Positions 33,155 through 41,802 of a stretch of 64,000 nt of DNA are shown piece by piece. Each line of letters starts with the position of its first letter. Positions within the stretch are counted from its first letter, which is position 1. The notes below the pieces were generated by a model. That model made no database searches, was not told the origin of the DNA, and saw nothing but the letters and a program-made list of their open reading frames with translations. The position numbers were made by a program, and so were the translations under genes. Source of the stretch: a bacterium (lineage in GTDB: Bacteria > UBA8248 > JACPRG01 > G963555815); the NCBI GenBank assembly GCA_965261595.1, contig CBDHDG010000007.1, positions 640,001 to 704,000 on the forward strand, written 5' to 3'.

Positions 33155-34113
33155 CGGATCGCGGCGTCGGCCGGAGCGACGTGACACGAACCGTCTGGCG
33201 GCCGGGCGTTCCCCTCGACCTGGACGCCACCGTCGTCCGGTTCACCGTTTCGTCCGACGAGGCCGTCAACCGGTATGATGGGGAGGTCTTCGAGCGGGTG
33301 CTGGAGGGAGAGGACGGAGGGCTTTACCGGCTGCGCGTCCGCTCCGGGGGCTCGGACCCGGAACGCCCGCGCCTCGGCGTGGAGATCCATCCGGCCGCCC
33401 GGGACCGGAAGGTCCTCGCCGGATTGCGGAAGACCCTCTTCCACATCCTCGCCGTGGACGACGACCTGGAAGCCTTCAGGCGCGTCGCGGCGAAGGACCC
33501 GGTGCTACGCCCCGTTGTCCGGAGGTTTCGGGGACTCCGGCTGGCCCGCGTCCCCACGCTTTTCGAGGCCCTGGTGACGGCGGTGACGGCCCAGCAGGTG
33601 AACCTCGCCTTCGCCGGGACCGTCCGGGCGCGCGCGGTGCGGGCCTACGGGAAGAAGCTGGTCGTGGACGGAGCGGCGCACTATGCCTTTCCCTCGCCCG
33701 AGGCCATGGTCCGCGCGACCGAGGCCCGCTTCCGGAAGATGAAGTTCAGCGGCGCGAAGGCGCGGACCCTCATCGGCCTGGCCGGGGCGTTCGCCTCCGG
33801 GGAGATGGACGGCGTTTTGCGACTGCCGACGCCCGGGGCCGTCGAGCGGCTGACCCGCCTCAAGGGGATCGGCCGCTGGACGGCGGAAACGGCGCTCCTG
33901 CGCGGAGCCGGACGGCTGGACGCCTTCCCGGCGGAGGACCTGGGGGTCCGAAAGATCATCGCGGAATTCTACGGGGGCGGGGTCGCCTCCGCCCGGTCGC
34001 CCAAGACCCAAGGGGACGCCGCCCGAAAGGTCGCCGAGCGTTGGGGGCGGTTCGCCCCGTACGCGATGACATATCTCTTTCACGCCAAGCGGACGGGGGG
34101 AGGGGGAGGATGA
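33151..34113 (+). CDS. alkA: DNA-3-methyladenine glycosylase II (HhH-GPD)
   Basis: FEALV.AV..QQV, FPSPE, LKGIGRWTA, FPAEDLG; ATGA overlap with the permease gene. Confidence 0.85.
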   Translation: MTDRGVGRSDVTRTVWRPGVPLDLDATVVRFTVSSDEAVNRYDGEVFERVLEGEDGGLYRLRVRSGGSDPERPRLGVEIHPAARDRKVLAGLRKTLFHILAVDDDLEAFRRVAAKDPVLRPVVRRFRGLRLARVPTLFEALVTAVTAQQVNLAFAGTVRARAVRAYGKKLVVDGAAHYAFPSPEAMVRATEARFRKMKFSGAKARTLIGLAGAFASGEMDGVLRLPTPGAVERLTRLKGIGRWTAETALLRGAGRLDAFPAEDLGVRKIIAEFYGGGVASARSPKTQGDAARKVAERWGRFAPYAMTYLFHAKRTGGGGG

Positions 34114-34274
34114 GGGGATGCGATAGGCGGTCCGGCGGGATAGAATCATCCGGTCCGCGGATATCCAAGCCGGATCAAACTTCCCCCGGCCTCCGGCCCC
34201 CGGTCCCCGGTCCCCGCTCGGGATGAGCATGTGAGGATTTTTGTCCGGTCATCCGTCTTTCCGGAGAACGACCC

Positions 34275-35438
34275 ATGGTGACGCGCAAGGACATGGAGGC
34301 GCTCGAGGCGCGGGCGCTGGCCCCGTACGCCACCCGCTCGGGTGAATCCCGGGGGCGAAAACACCCCGAGGAGGAGCACCCCTTCCGGACGGCTTTCCAG
34401 CGAGACCGGGACCGGATTATCCACTCCCGCGCCTTCAGACGCCTGGAGTACAAGACCCAGGTGTTCGTCTACCACGAGGGGGACCACTACCGCACCCGCC
34501 TGACGCACACCCTGGAGGCCGTTTCCCTGGCGCGGGTGATCGCCCGCGCGCTGCGCCTGAACGAGGACCTGGCCGAGGCCATCGCCCTGGCGCACGACCT
34601 GGGCCATCCGCCCTTCGGCCATTCGGGCGAGACTGTCCTGGACCGGCTCATGGGCGATCACGGCGGCTTCGAGCACAACCTCCAGGGGCTCCGCGTCGTG
34701 GAGCTGCTGGAAGACCGGTATCCGGATTTTCCGGGGCTGAACCTGACCTGGGAGACCCGGGAGGGGATCCTGAAGCACAACGCCCCGTCCGACACCCCCG
34801 GGGCGCAGGGGCTTCATCCGGAGCTCGAGCCGGACCTCTCCTCCAGCCTGGAGGCCCGGATCGCCGACCTCTCGGACGAGATCGCCTACAACAACCACGA
34901 CATCGACGACGGGCTGACCTCCGATCTCCTGCACCCGGAGGACTTGCAGGAGGTGGACCTGTGGCGGGAGACCTTTCATTCCGTCCGGCGGGAGCATCCG
35001 GATTCGGCGATGCGCGTCCTCAAGCACCAGACGATCCGGGGGATCATCAACCGGTTCGTGACCGACGTCATCGACAACACCGAAATGCGCCTGAGGGAGC
35101 TCGGGATCGCCTCGCTGGAGGACGTCCGGACCTGCCGGGAGCCCCTGGTCTGCTTCAGCCCGGAGATGGAGGAGAAAAAGAAGCGCCTCAAGGATTTTCT
35201 CTTCCGGCAGATGTACCGCAACTACCGGGTCGTCCGGATGGAGGACAAGACCGACCGCCTTCTCACCGACCTTTTCGGGGCCTACCTGGGACGGCAGGAG
35301 CAGCTTCCTCCCCGGATCTACGAGAAGTGCCGGGCGGGGATCCCCGAGCGCGTGATCTGCGATTACATCGCCGGGATGACGGACCGCTTCGCGCAGGACG
35401 AGCACCGAAAACTCTTCGACCCACACGCCCGCGTGTAA
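34275..35438 (+). CDS. dgt: dGTP triphosphohydrolase
   Basis: FQRDRDRIIHS.AFRRL.YKTQVF, RTRLTH, AHDLGHPPFGHSGE, DYIAGMTD. Confidence 0.95.
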   Translation: MVTRKDMEALEARALAPYATRSGESRGRKHPEEEHPFRTAFQRDRDRIIHSRAFRRLEYKTQVFVYHEGDHYRTRLTHTLEAVSLARVIARALRLNEDLAEAIALAHDLGHPPFGHSGETVLDRLMGDHGGFEHNLQGLRVVELLEDRYPDFPGLNLTWETREGILKHNAPSDTPGAQGLHPELEPDLSSSLEARIADLSDEIAYNNHDIDDGLTSDLLHPEDLQEVDLWRETFHSVRREHPDSAMRVLKHQTIRGIINRFVTDVIDNTEMRLRELGIASLEDVRTCREPLVCFSPEMEEKKKRLKDFLFRQMYRNYRVVRMEDKTDRLLTDLFGAYLGRQEQLPPRIYEKCRAGIPERVICDYIAGMTDRFAQDEHRKLFDPHARV

Positions 35439-35548
35439 ATCCGCCCCACAGAGAGGCCCCGCTTCAGGAGCGAGCGGTGGAGGACCTTCGTTCTATCCGC
35501 CGAATCCGCTCTCTCCCCGGTTCCCCCCAAAAAAAGGTCAGCGGACAT

Positions 35549-35588
35549 AATAAGGCCCCGGAGCCAAGGGCGCCTCCGGGGCCTTATT
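35549..35588. terminator. Hairpin terminator downstream of NMT1 copy A (and dgt)
   Basis: AATAAGGCCCCGGAG...CTCCGGGGCCTTATT. Confidence 0.7.
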
Positions 35589-35632
35589 CCAGTCATCGAC
35601 GCGCCGCCTGGACGCGTTGCGGCCGACCCGCG

Positions 35633-36671
35633 CTAGCGCACTTTATCGCCGAGTTTCGCCTTGATGGCCGACCACTGCGGGAGGAAGCGGTTGGTGTACA
35701 TGTTATTCGTCGGAATACGCCTCTTCAACTTCGAGAGCGTCGTGAGAGTCTCAACGGTTTTGTCCATCTTCGCGTGGTCCATGTACCCCAAACCGTGACG
35801 CCGGGTGCCATCGTCCCACAGGTACTCCAGCATGATCGCGAAGTGCTCTCGGATGATGTGCTCGCTCATGGCCGGCGCATACTTGAGGAAGTTCTTAATA
35901 GCGTCGTCCACGTGGATCGCTGACCAGACGAAGGCCTCCATGAGGGCCCTGACGGTGTTCTTGATGAACTTCGCGCGCTTCTCCATGTCAGGATCGCGGA
36001 CGATGACACCGTTATTGTAAATGTTGACGCCCCATTCCCCATAATTGAAATAGCCGATCTCCAGTCCGCTCTTGGAGGCCTTTGGAAGGGCAGTGGGCAG
36101 CTCGGTGGCGAACCACAGGGCGACATCCGTCTTTCCAGTCAAGAGGGAGGGGAGGACAGCCCCATAACCCATGTCAACCCACTTAACTTTCGAGATTTTG
36201 TTGGCTTCGGCAAAGGCCAGCCAGACAACGCGAACGGCGTTGCCGATCGGTGCACCGATGATGGCGCCCCCTAAATCTTTGGGCGTCTTGTAGCCCTTCT
36301 TTTTCAAGAAGGCCGCAATCATGATCGTCTTGGCGTGAACCATGGCGACCTGCGTGACCTTGAGGTTGCTGTTGGCCCGGCCGTTGACCAGCGAGCCAGC
36401 GTCGGCGAATCCAATGTCTCCGACTCCGGAGGCGATGTCCTTGATGGTTCTACCCGAGCCGAAGCCCCGCTTGTAAGTCACGTCAATGCCGTACTTTCTT
36501 GTAAAAACCCATGTCCTTGGCCACGAAGAAAGGCGCGTGCTTTCCGTAGATGATCCAGTCCAGCAGGAAAGTCGTCTTTTGCGCTCCCGCCTGTGAAGCC
36601 AGTCCTCCGAGCAAGAACAAGCAAGCCGCCAAGGCAATTCCGTGTTTCCTCATCGAAATTTCCCCTTCCAT
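35633..36671 (-). pseudogene. NMT1/THI5-like ABC substrate-binding protein, copy A (frameshift ~36505)
   Basis: Signal peptide plus LDWIIYGKHAPFFVA..GFYKK (36483-36671). One extra base in AAGAAAG shifts into YGIDV.YKRGFGSG... (35633 frame). Confidence 0.85.
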
Positions 36672-36683
36672 CCCTCAGGGTTA

Positions 36684-36806
36684 TCCCAATTTCGCCTTCC
36701 GGGGAGATCCCGGAAAGGTCTTTTCGGCCAACGAGGCTCACTCTCTGTCTTTTCTCTCTCTTTCAGGTTGAAGCTGATATTATCTCAATTTGCGCCATAT
36801 CACAAC
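36684..36806 (-). promoter_or_regulatory. Promoter and conserved structured leader, copy A
   Basis: TTGTGA-17-TAATAT; 69-nt block (36684-36752) with one mismatch to 38013-38081. Confidence 0.65.
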
Positions 36807-36867
36807 TCAAATATGGCGAAGCCGAGGGCCCCGCCTTCCCGTCGGGATGAAAAGGATCTCGCGGATC

Positions 36868-36909
36868 AAAAAAAGGCCCCGGAGCGAATGTGAATCTCCG
36901 GGGCCTTTT
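36868..36909 (-). terminator. Intrinsic terminator after NMT1 copy B
   Basis: AAAAAAAGGCCCCGGAG...CTCCGGGGCCTTTT; same stem as 35552-35585. Confidence 0.8.
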
Positions 36910-36955
36910 CGCGGTCATCGCCGCGCGGACGATTCGCGGCGAACGCTGGAATCGC

Positions 36956-37999
36956 TTACATCGCCTTTTTCCCCAAAGTGGCCTTGATTTCCGCCCACTG
37001 GGGAAGGAACCGGTTCGTGAACATGTCTTTGGTCGGCACGCGGCTTTTGAGCTTCTGAAGCTTTGTGAGGAGCTCGACGGTTTTGTCCATCTTGTCGAAG
37101 TCCATATAACCCAAACCGTGTCGCCGGACGCCCTCGTCGAAGAAATACTCGAGGGCGATGGCGAACTGCCCGCGAACGATGTGCTCGCTCATCCCCGGGG
37201 CGTACTTGAGGAAGTTACCGATGGCCTTGTCCACGTTCACCATGGACCACGCCCAGGCTTCGATATTGGCCTTCACGGCGTTGCGGACAAAATCGGGTTT
37301 AGACTGAATGGTTTCTTCCCGGACGATGATCCCGTTGTTGTAAACCTTGACGCCGTAGTCGCCGTAGGAGAACCAGGCCATCTCTTTTCCGATCTTCTTG
37401 GCCGCCTCGATCTGTTTGGGCACCTCGGTGGCAAACCAAAGGGCCACATCGATCTGACCGGTCAACATCGCGGGCGTGACCTGTGCGTACGTCATATTGA
37501 TGAACTTGACCGACTTGACGTCCAGCCCGTTGGCCGCGGCGAACGCCGGGAAGATCACCCGGACGGCGTTGGCCTGGGGCGATCCGATCCGCGCGCCGGC
37601 CAAGTCCTTGGGCGACTGATATTTCCCCTTGAAGAAGAAGGCGTTCATGATCGTTTTGGCGTGACCCATGGCGACCACTTTGATCTTGATATCGGGGTTG
37701 TTGGCACGCGCGTTAACCAGCGAGGCGGCGTCGGCGAACCCAATCGGGGCCACCCGGGCGGCGACCTTCTTGATGGTGTCCCCCGATCCGAAGCCACGCA
37801 TGTATTTCACGCCCAGCCCGACCTTTTTGTAAAAACCGAAATCCTGAGCCGCAAAAAACGGGGCGTGCTTTCCGTAGACGATCCAGTCCAGCAGGAAGGT
37901 CGTCTTCGCCGCTTTCTCCTGTGAGACCAGCGCCCCGAGCAATAACAAACATGCCGCCAAGGCGATTGCGTGTTTCCTCCTCGATATTCCCCCCTCCAT
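36956..37999 (-). CDS. NMT1/THI5-like ABC substrate-binding protein, copy B
   Basis: LDWIVYGKHAPFFAA..GFYKK.GL.V...RGFGSG; YNNGI; FTNRFLP. Confidence 0.9.
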   Translation of the reverse strand: MEGGISRRKHAIALAACLLLLGALVSQEKAAKTTFLLDWIVYGKHAPFFAAQDFGFYKKVGLGVKYMRGFGSGDTIKKVAARVAPIGFADAASLVNARANNPDIKIKVVAMGHAKTIMNAFFFKGKYQSPKDLAGARIGSPQANAVRVIFPAFAAANGLDVKSVKFINMTYAQVTPAMLTGQIDVALWFATEVPKQIEAAKKIGKEMAWFSYGDYGVKVYNNGIIVREETIQSKPDFVRNAVKANIEAWAWSMVNVDKAIGNFLKYAPGMSEHIVRGQFAIALEYFFDEGVRRHGLGYMDFDKMDKTVELLTKLQKLKSRVPTKDMFTNRFLPQWAEIKATLGKKAM

Positions 38000-38012
38000 C
38001 CCTACAGGATTG

Positions 38013-38136
38013 TCCCAATTTCGCCTTCCGGGGAGATCCCGGAAAGGTCTTTTCGGCCAACGAGGCCCACTCTCTGTCTTTCTTTTTTTTCTTTCAGGTC
38101 GAGCCTGATTTTACCGCAATTCGCGGCTGGCCACAA
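38013..38136 (-). promoter_or_regulatory. Promoter and conserved structured leader, copy B
   Basis: TTGTGG-17-TAAAAT; same 69-nt block as copy A. Confidence 0.65.
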
Positions 38137-38198
38137 CTCAAATCGGGCGAACGAATTCAGGGCCAAGGCAATAGAGGATGTTCTCCGGCCCCGAGCGC

Positions 38199-38555
38199 TC
38201 ACCCGTCTCGGCCGCGCTCGATTTCCAGAATCACGGTCTCCGCATCGGGGACGGCCCCCGGCTTCCCGAGCCGGACCTTGATCCGCTCCAGTGGAAAACG
38301 CGACAGGCAAAGCCCCGCGACCTCTTCGGCCAACGCCTCCATCAATCGGCAGTCGCTCGCCTCGACGTGCGCCTTCACCTCCGCCGCCACCCGGGCGTAA
38401 TCGACAATGGGCTCCTCCGAGCCTCTCGGGGCCGTGGGATCAAGCGGAAACTCCAGGTCGATCACCACGGACCTCAGGGTCTCGCGCTCCCAGTCATACA
38501 CCCCGAGGATGCATCGGGCTTCCAAGGCCCGAATGATGAACCGGTCCCGTTTCAA
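38199..38555 (-). CDS. folB: Dihydroneopterin aldolase
   Basis: DRFIIR.L....LGVYDWER....V.IDL, VDY..V, LMEALAE, KPGAVP.A..V..EIER. Confidence 0.9.
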   Translation of the reverse strand: MKRDRFIIRALEARCILGVYDWERETLRSVVIDLEFPLDPTAPRGSEEPIVDYARVAAEVKAHVEASDCRLMEALAEEVAGLCLSRFPLERIKVRLGKPGAVPDAETVILEIERGRDG

Positions 38556-38689
38556 GGCCCCGCTCCACGCCGGATGTCGAAAAAACCGAATCCCAACCCA
38601 TTCTTCCCGCTCACGCTTCCATCTCGAAAACCCGATTCGGCCCAAGACCCCCCGGTTTCCATTGGACGCGATTTCTGTCCGGTTATAAT

Positions 38690-39010
38690 ATGTCAATCAT
38701 GCCCGATAAAGAGAAGACGCATATTGAGCCGGTGGAAGACGGGGGCTTTATCCGGCTCCCGGAGGAAGTCCTGAGCGCCTTGGGCCTGTCCCCCGGCAAG
38801 GAGGTCAAAATCCGCCTGACGGGGAATCGCGTGACGATCGAGCGGCACATCGCCGACCCCTTCGCGGAGTACCGGAATCGGCCCGAAGCGCCCAGCATGG
38901 ATGACCTCATTCAGGCGGATGCCGAGAAAAAAAAGGTTGTGTCGAAAGAGTTCGAAGAACGCCTCAAGGAAAAACCGGAGTATTCACCCGAAGACCACCC
39001 CGACTTCTGA
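38690..39010 (+). CDS. AbrB/MazE/SpoVT-type DNA-binding protein
   Basis: GG.IRLPEEVL..LGL.PG.EV.I...G..VTIE. Confidence 0.75.
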   Translation: MSIMPDKEKTHIEPVEDGGFIRLPEEVLSALGLSPGKEVKIRLTGNRVTIERHIADPFAEYRNRPEAPSMDDLIQADAEKKKVVSKEFEERLKEKPEYSPEDHPDF

Positions 39011-39179
39011 CGGTAGACCAGGGGTTGCGCGGACTCCCACGCGCCTTCACCTCCCCTCCCCCCCAACCAACACCTCTCCGCAAAAGAGAAGAACCCCGCA
39101 CGGCTGAATATCCGGCGCGGTGGACCGAGTATCCGCACCCCCCACCTCCCCATGACGGCCTTCCGCGGGCCTCCGGGCT

Positions 39180-40490
39180 TCATCCCCGGCCGACGAGGAT
39201 GGCCCGGGATATCGTTGCGCAGAGCCGGTTGCGCTCTTGGGTGAGGCGCGCCCGGAGCGCCTTCCATTCGCCGCTCTCCGGATCCAGACGGTTCATCCCA
39301 AGCGCGCGCTGCGGGCCGGGCAGGACGCCCCGGTTCCCTCCGGCGTCGCGGCCGAAGGGGCCGTTCTCGGTATAAAGAACCGGGTTGAGCAGGAGGCAGA
39401 TGTCCAGCATCTTCCGGTTGAAGTCCCCCGCCCGCATTTCCTCGTGCTCCTCCTCGTGGTCCTCCAGGACGACGACCAGCTCCTTGACCGCTTCTCGGGC
39501 CTCCCCGAAGTTGAACGCATCGCCCACCTCTTCCTGAAGGACCTCCAGCTCCCCCCAGAGGACGTCGGCGACTGTCATCATTTCAAACGGCGCGCGGGGA
39601 TGGGCGCACAGGTCGAAAAGGGCGTTCGCGTTGAAAGCCGTCCACCGGGCCATCGCGTCCCCGTCGATTGCGTCGGGGTCCTCCTCCATGGAATGTGGGG
39701 GAGGACGAAACGCAACCGAGGGCAAGCCGACGCCCAGGAAGCTGCCGTCGGCGTCCCGGGGCGGCGGACCGGGCTCGGTCTCCCGTCCCGACAGCCGGTC
39801 CGCCATGTGCCGGGTCCAATCCGCCAGCTCGGCGGTGGCATGGGGTGAATGGCTCGAAACCAATTGGCCAGCAATCCGGTCCACGTTGAAGTAGGCCATG
39901 CAGCGGGTGCGGAGCAGATCGAATTTGTTGTCCGCGTACCACTCGGCGGCGCCGAACCCGATATCCCCCCCCCCCTCTCCCCCGCCCCCGCCGCCGCCCC
40001 CGTTCCACCAGGCGATGCGCACGCCATGGCTCAGCTCGTTTCTGCGCCGGTGAAGCAGGCGGGCCATCTCCAGGAGCGAGGCGTCCGCGCCTCCACCCGC
40101 CAGAACGAAAAGGGCGGTCCCGCCGTCCGGGACGATGTTGGTCATGGGGAAGCGAATGCGGCGCCATTCCCCCCGCTCCTGTGAATTGGAAGGGAGGGAG
40201 GAGGAGGGGGGGGGGGGAATGCGGACCTCGCACTCATGGACCGTCACCGGAAGGCCTTCTGACTCCAGCTCGGCCTCGATGTAGCGGAGCGGCGTCTCCG
40301 CGCCGCCGGGTCCGGCAGGCCGATCCCGCGCGCGGCTCTTTTCGAGATGCCTCCGGAGCCGGTCCTCGTTCAGGTCATCTGAAATGATTGAAACGCGCCG
40401 GTCGGCGAACGCCTCCTGTTCCTGACGGTGGCCGTGGTCGGCAGGATCATGACCGTGGCGCCGGCCGTCGCCGTGTGGATGGTGGTTCAT
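39180..40490 (-). CDS. M28-peptidase-like protein lacking PA domain and Zn ligands, His-rich N-terminus
   Basis: LLEMARLL....EL..GVRIAWW, WYAD..DL...C.AY.NVD, AD.SF.G.GLPS, L.PV.YT..G.F..D. The HxD..D ligand segment reads FVLAGGGADAS. Confidence 0.65.
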   Translation of the reverse strand: MNHHPHGDGRRHGHDPADHGHRQEQEAFADRRVSIISDDLNEDRLRRHLEKSRARDRPAGPGGAETPLRYIEAELESEGLPVTVHECEVRIPPPPSSSLPSNSQERGEWRRIRFPMTNIVPDGGTALFVLAGGGADASLLEMARLLHRRRNELSHGVRIAWWNGGGGGGGGEGGGDIGFGAAEWYADNKFDLLRTRCMAYFNVDRIAGQLVSSHSPHATAELADWTRHMADRLSGRETEPGPPPRDADGSFLGVGLPSVAFRPPPHSMEEDPDAIDGDAMARWTAFNANALFDLCAHPRAPFEMMTVADVLWGELEVLQEEVGDAFNFGEAREAVKELVVVLEDHEEEHEEMRAGDFNRKMLDICLLLNPVLYTENGPFGRDAGGNRGVLPGPQRALGMNRLDPESGEWKALRARLTQERNRLCATISRAILVGRG

Positions 40491-40672
40491 CGATGGAACC
40501 CCTTCGGTCGGGACAGGTTCATGGTGGTTCGCATCTTACCCAATCCGCATGCCGAATGTCCTTGTTGTTCGGCCTGCGTTGTAGGAATATTGGACTTGAC
40601 CCGGCGATTGATCCGGTGCGAGAATTGTAAGCTGCACTGTCACGGTTTCGAAAACATGAGAGGGTTCGCCAA

Positions 40673-40963
40673 ATGCCCCCCAAATACAAGCCCGGGGACC
40701 GGATACGCGTCCAAAACCAGGTCCGCTGGGGACATATCCGGACGCCGTTGTTTATCCTGGGAAAAACCGGAGTCGTCGAGACCTGCCGGGGCGAGTTTCC
40801 CGACCCGGAGCAGTTGGCCTATGGGATGGACGGCCTCCCGGCCGTGCCTTGTTACTGCATCAAGTTCGATTATCCCGAGGTCTGGGGCGACAGCTGCCCC
40901 GATCTTTCCAGGAACGATAAGATGTACATCGACATCTTCGAGCACTGGCTGGAGTCGGATTAA
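40673..40963 (+). CDS. NHase beta C-terminal SH3-like subunit (SCNase alpha/ScnA-like)
   Basis: YKPGDRIRV.....GHIRTP.FI.GKTG.V....GEFPDPE.LAYG.DG.P....Y...F...EVW...D..Y.DIFEHWLE. Confidence 0.88.
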   Translation: MPPKYKPGDRIRVQNQVRWGHIRTPLFILGKTGVVETCRGEFPDPEQLAYGMDGLPAVPCYCIKFDYPEVWGDSCPDLSRNDKMYIDIFEHWLESD

Positions 40964-41023
40964 TCGCGGCGTCGAGAGGTTCCGTTGATCCGGACGCCGC
41001 CGTCGGAGGAGAAGGAGAAGATC

Positions 41024-41788
41024 ATGGCCATAAGAGAGCACGCTCCCGGCCGGGGGGATGGGGTGAAGCCCGATGTCCCGCCCATCTACGACGACACCGC
41101 CGACTTCACAAAATACAACTACAACAAAGGTCACGCGCCCGTTCCTCACAATAAGCACGACCACCACCACATCGACACGACCCCGCATGATATGACCTAC
41201 TGGGAGCAGCGGATCAGCGGTCTGTCCCGGCTCTTGGTCGAAAAGGGAATCATCACCCTGGACGAGATGCGGCGGAGCATCGAAGAGGACCAGTCCCGGA
41301 ACATCGCCCTGGGGGCGAGGGTGGTCGCCAGGGCGTGGGTGGACCCGGAGTTCAAGAAGAGATTACTCGAAGACGCCCGCGAAGCCAGCAAGGAGGTCGG
41401 CGTCCAGATGGAAACGACCGACCTGGTGGCCTACGAGCAGACCGACGAGGTTCACTGGGTGGTCGTCTGCACGCTTTGCTCCTGTTATCCGCGGACGCTC
41501 CTGGGCAATCCCCCGGCCTGGTTCAAGAGCACGGCGTACCGAAACCGGGTGGTCGTCGACCCGCGCGGGGTGCTGAAAGACGAGTTCGGGACGGTGATCC
41601 CGGATGACGTGGAAATCCGCGTCATCGACAGCACCGCCGACGTCCGGTTTATCATCCTCCCCAAACGGCCCGAGGGGACTGAGGGGATGAGCGAAGAAGC
41701 GCTGGCCGATCTGGTGACGTGCGAATCGGTCACCGGCGTCGCTCATGCCAAAGGGCCGGGACAGGCCCGCACGAGCGCCCATTATTAA
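41024..41788 (+). CDS. Co-type nitrile hydratase alpha / SCNase gamma-like subunit
   Basis: VVCTLCSCYP metal-binding motif (Thr/Tyr indicates Co-type), GARVVARAWVDPEFK, DST...RF..LP.RP.GT; His-rich N-terminus. Confidence 0.92.
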   Translation: MAIREHAPGRGDGVKPDVPPIYDDTADFTKYNYNKGHAPVPHNKHDHHHIDTTPHDMTYWEQRISGLSRLLVEKGIITLDEMRRSIEEDQSRNIALGARVVARAWVDPEFKKRLLEDAREASKEVGVQMETTDLVAYEQTDEVHWVVVCTLCSCYPRTLLGNPPAWFKSTAYRNRVVVDPRGVLKDEFGTVIPDDVEIRVIDSTADVRFIILPKRPEGTEGMSEEALADLVTCESVTGVAHAKGPGQARTSAHY

Positions 41789-41802
41789 GCCTGGATGATT
41801 GT

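Noticed and set aside
36750..36800. TPP riboswitch upstream of the NMT1 genes
   Set aside because: TGAGA...AACCTGA appears only in copy A, overlaps the predicted -10, and the remaining TPP helices are absent.
41024..41788. True beta-alpha NHase gene fusion
   Set aside because: The length and the single helical segment before GARVVARAW fit an ordinary alpha/gamma subunit. There is no complete extra beta-N domain, only motif resemblance.
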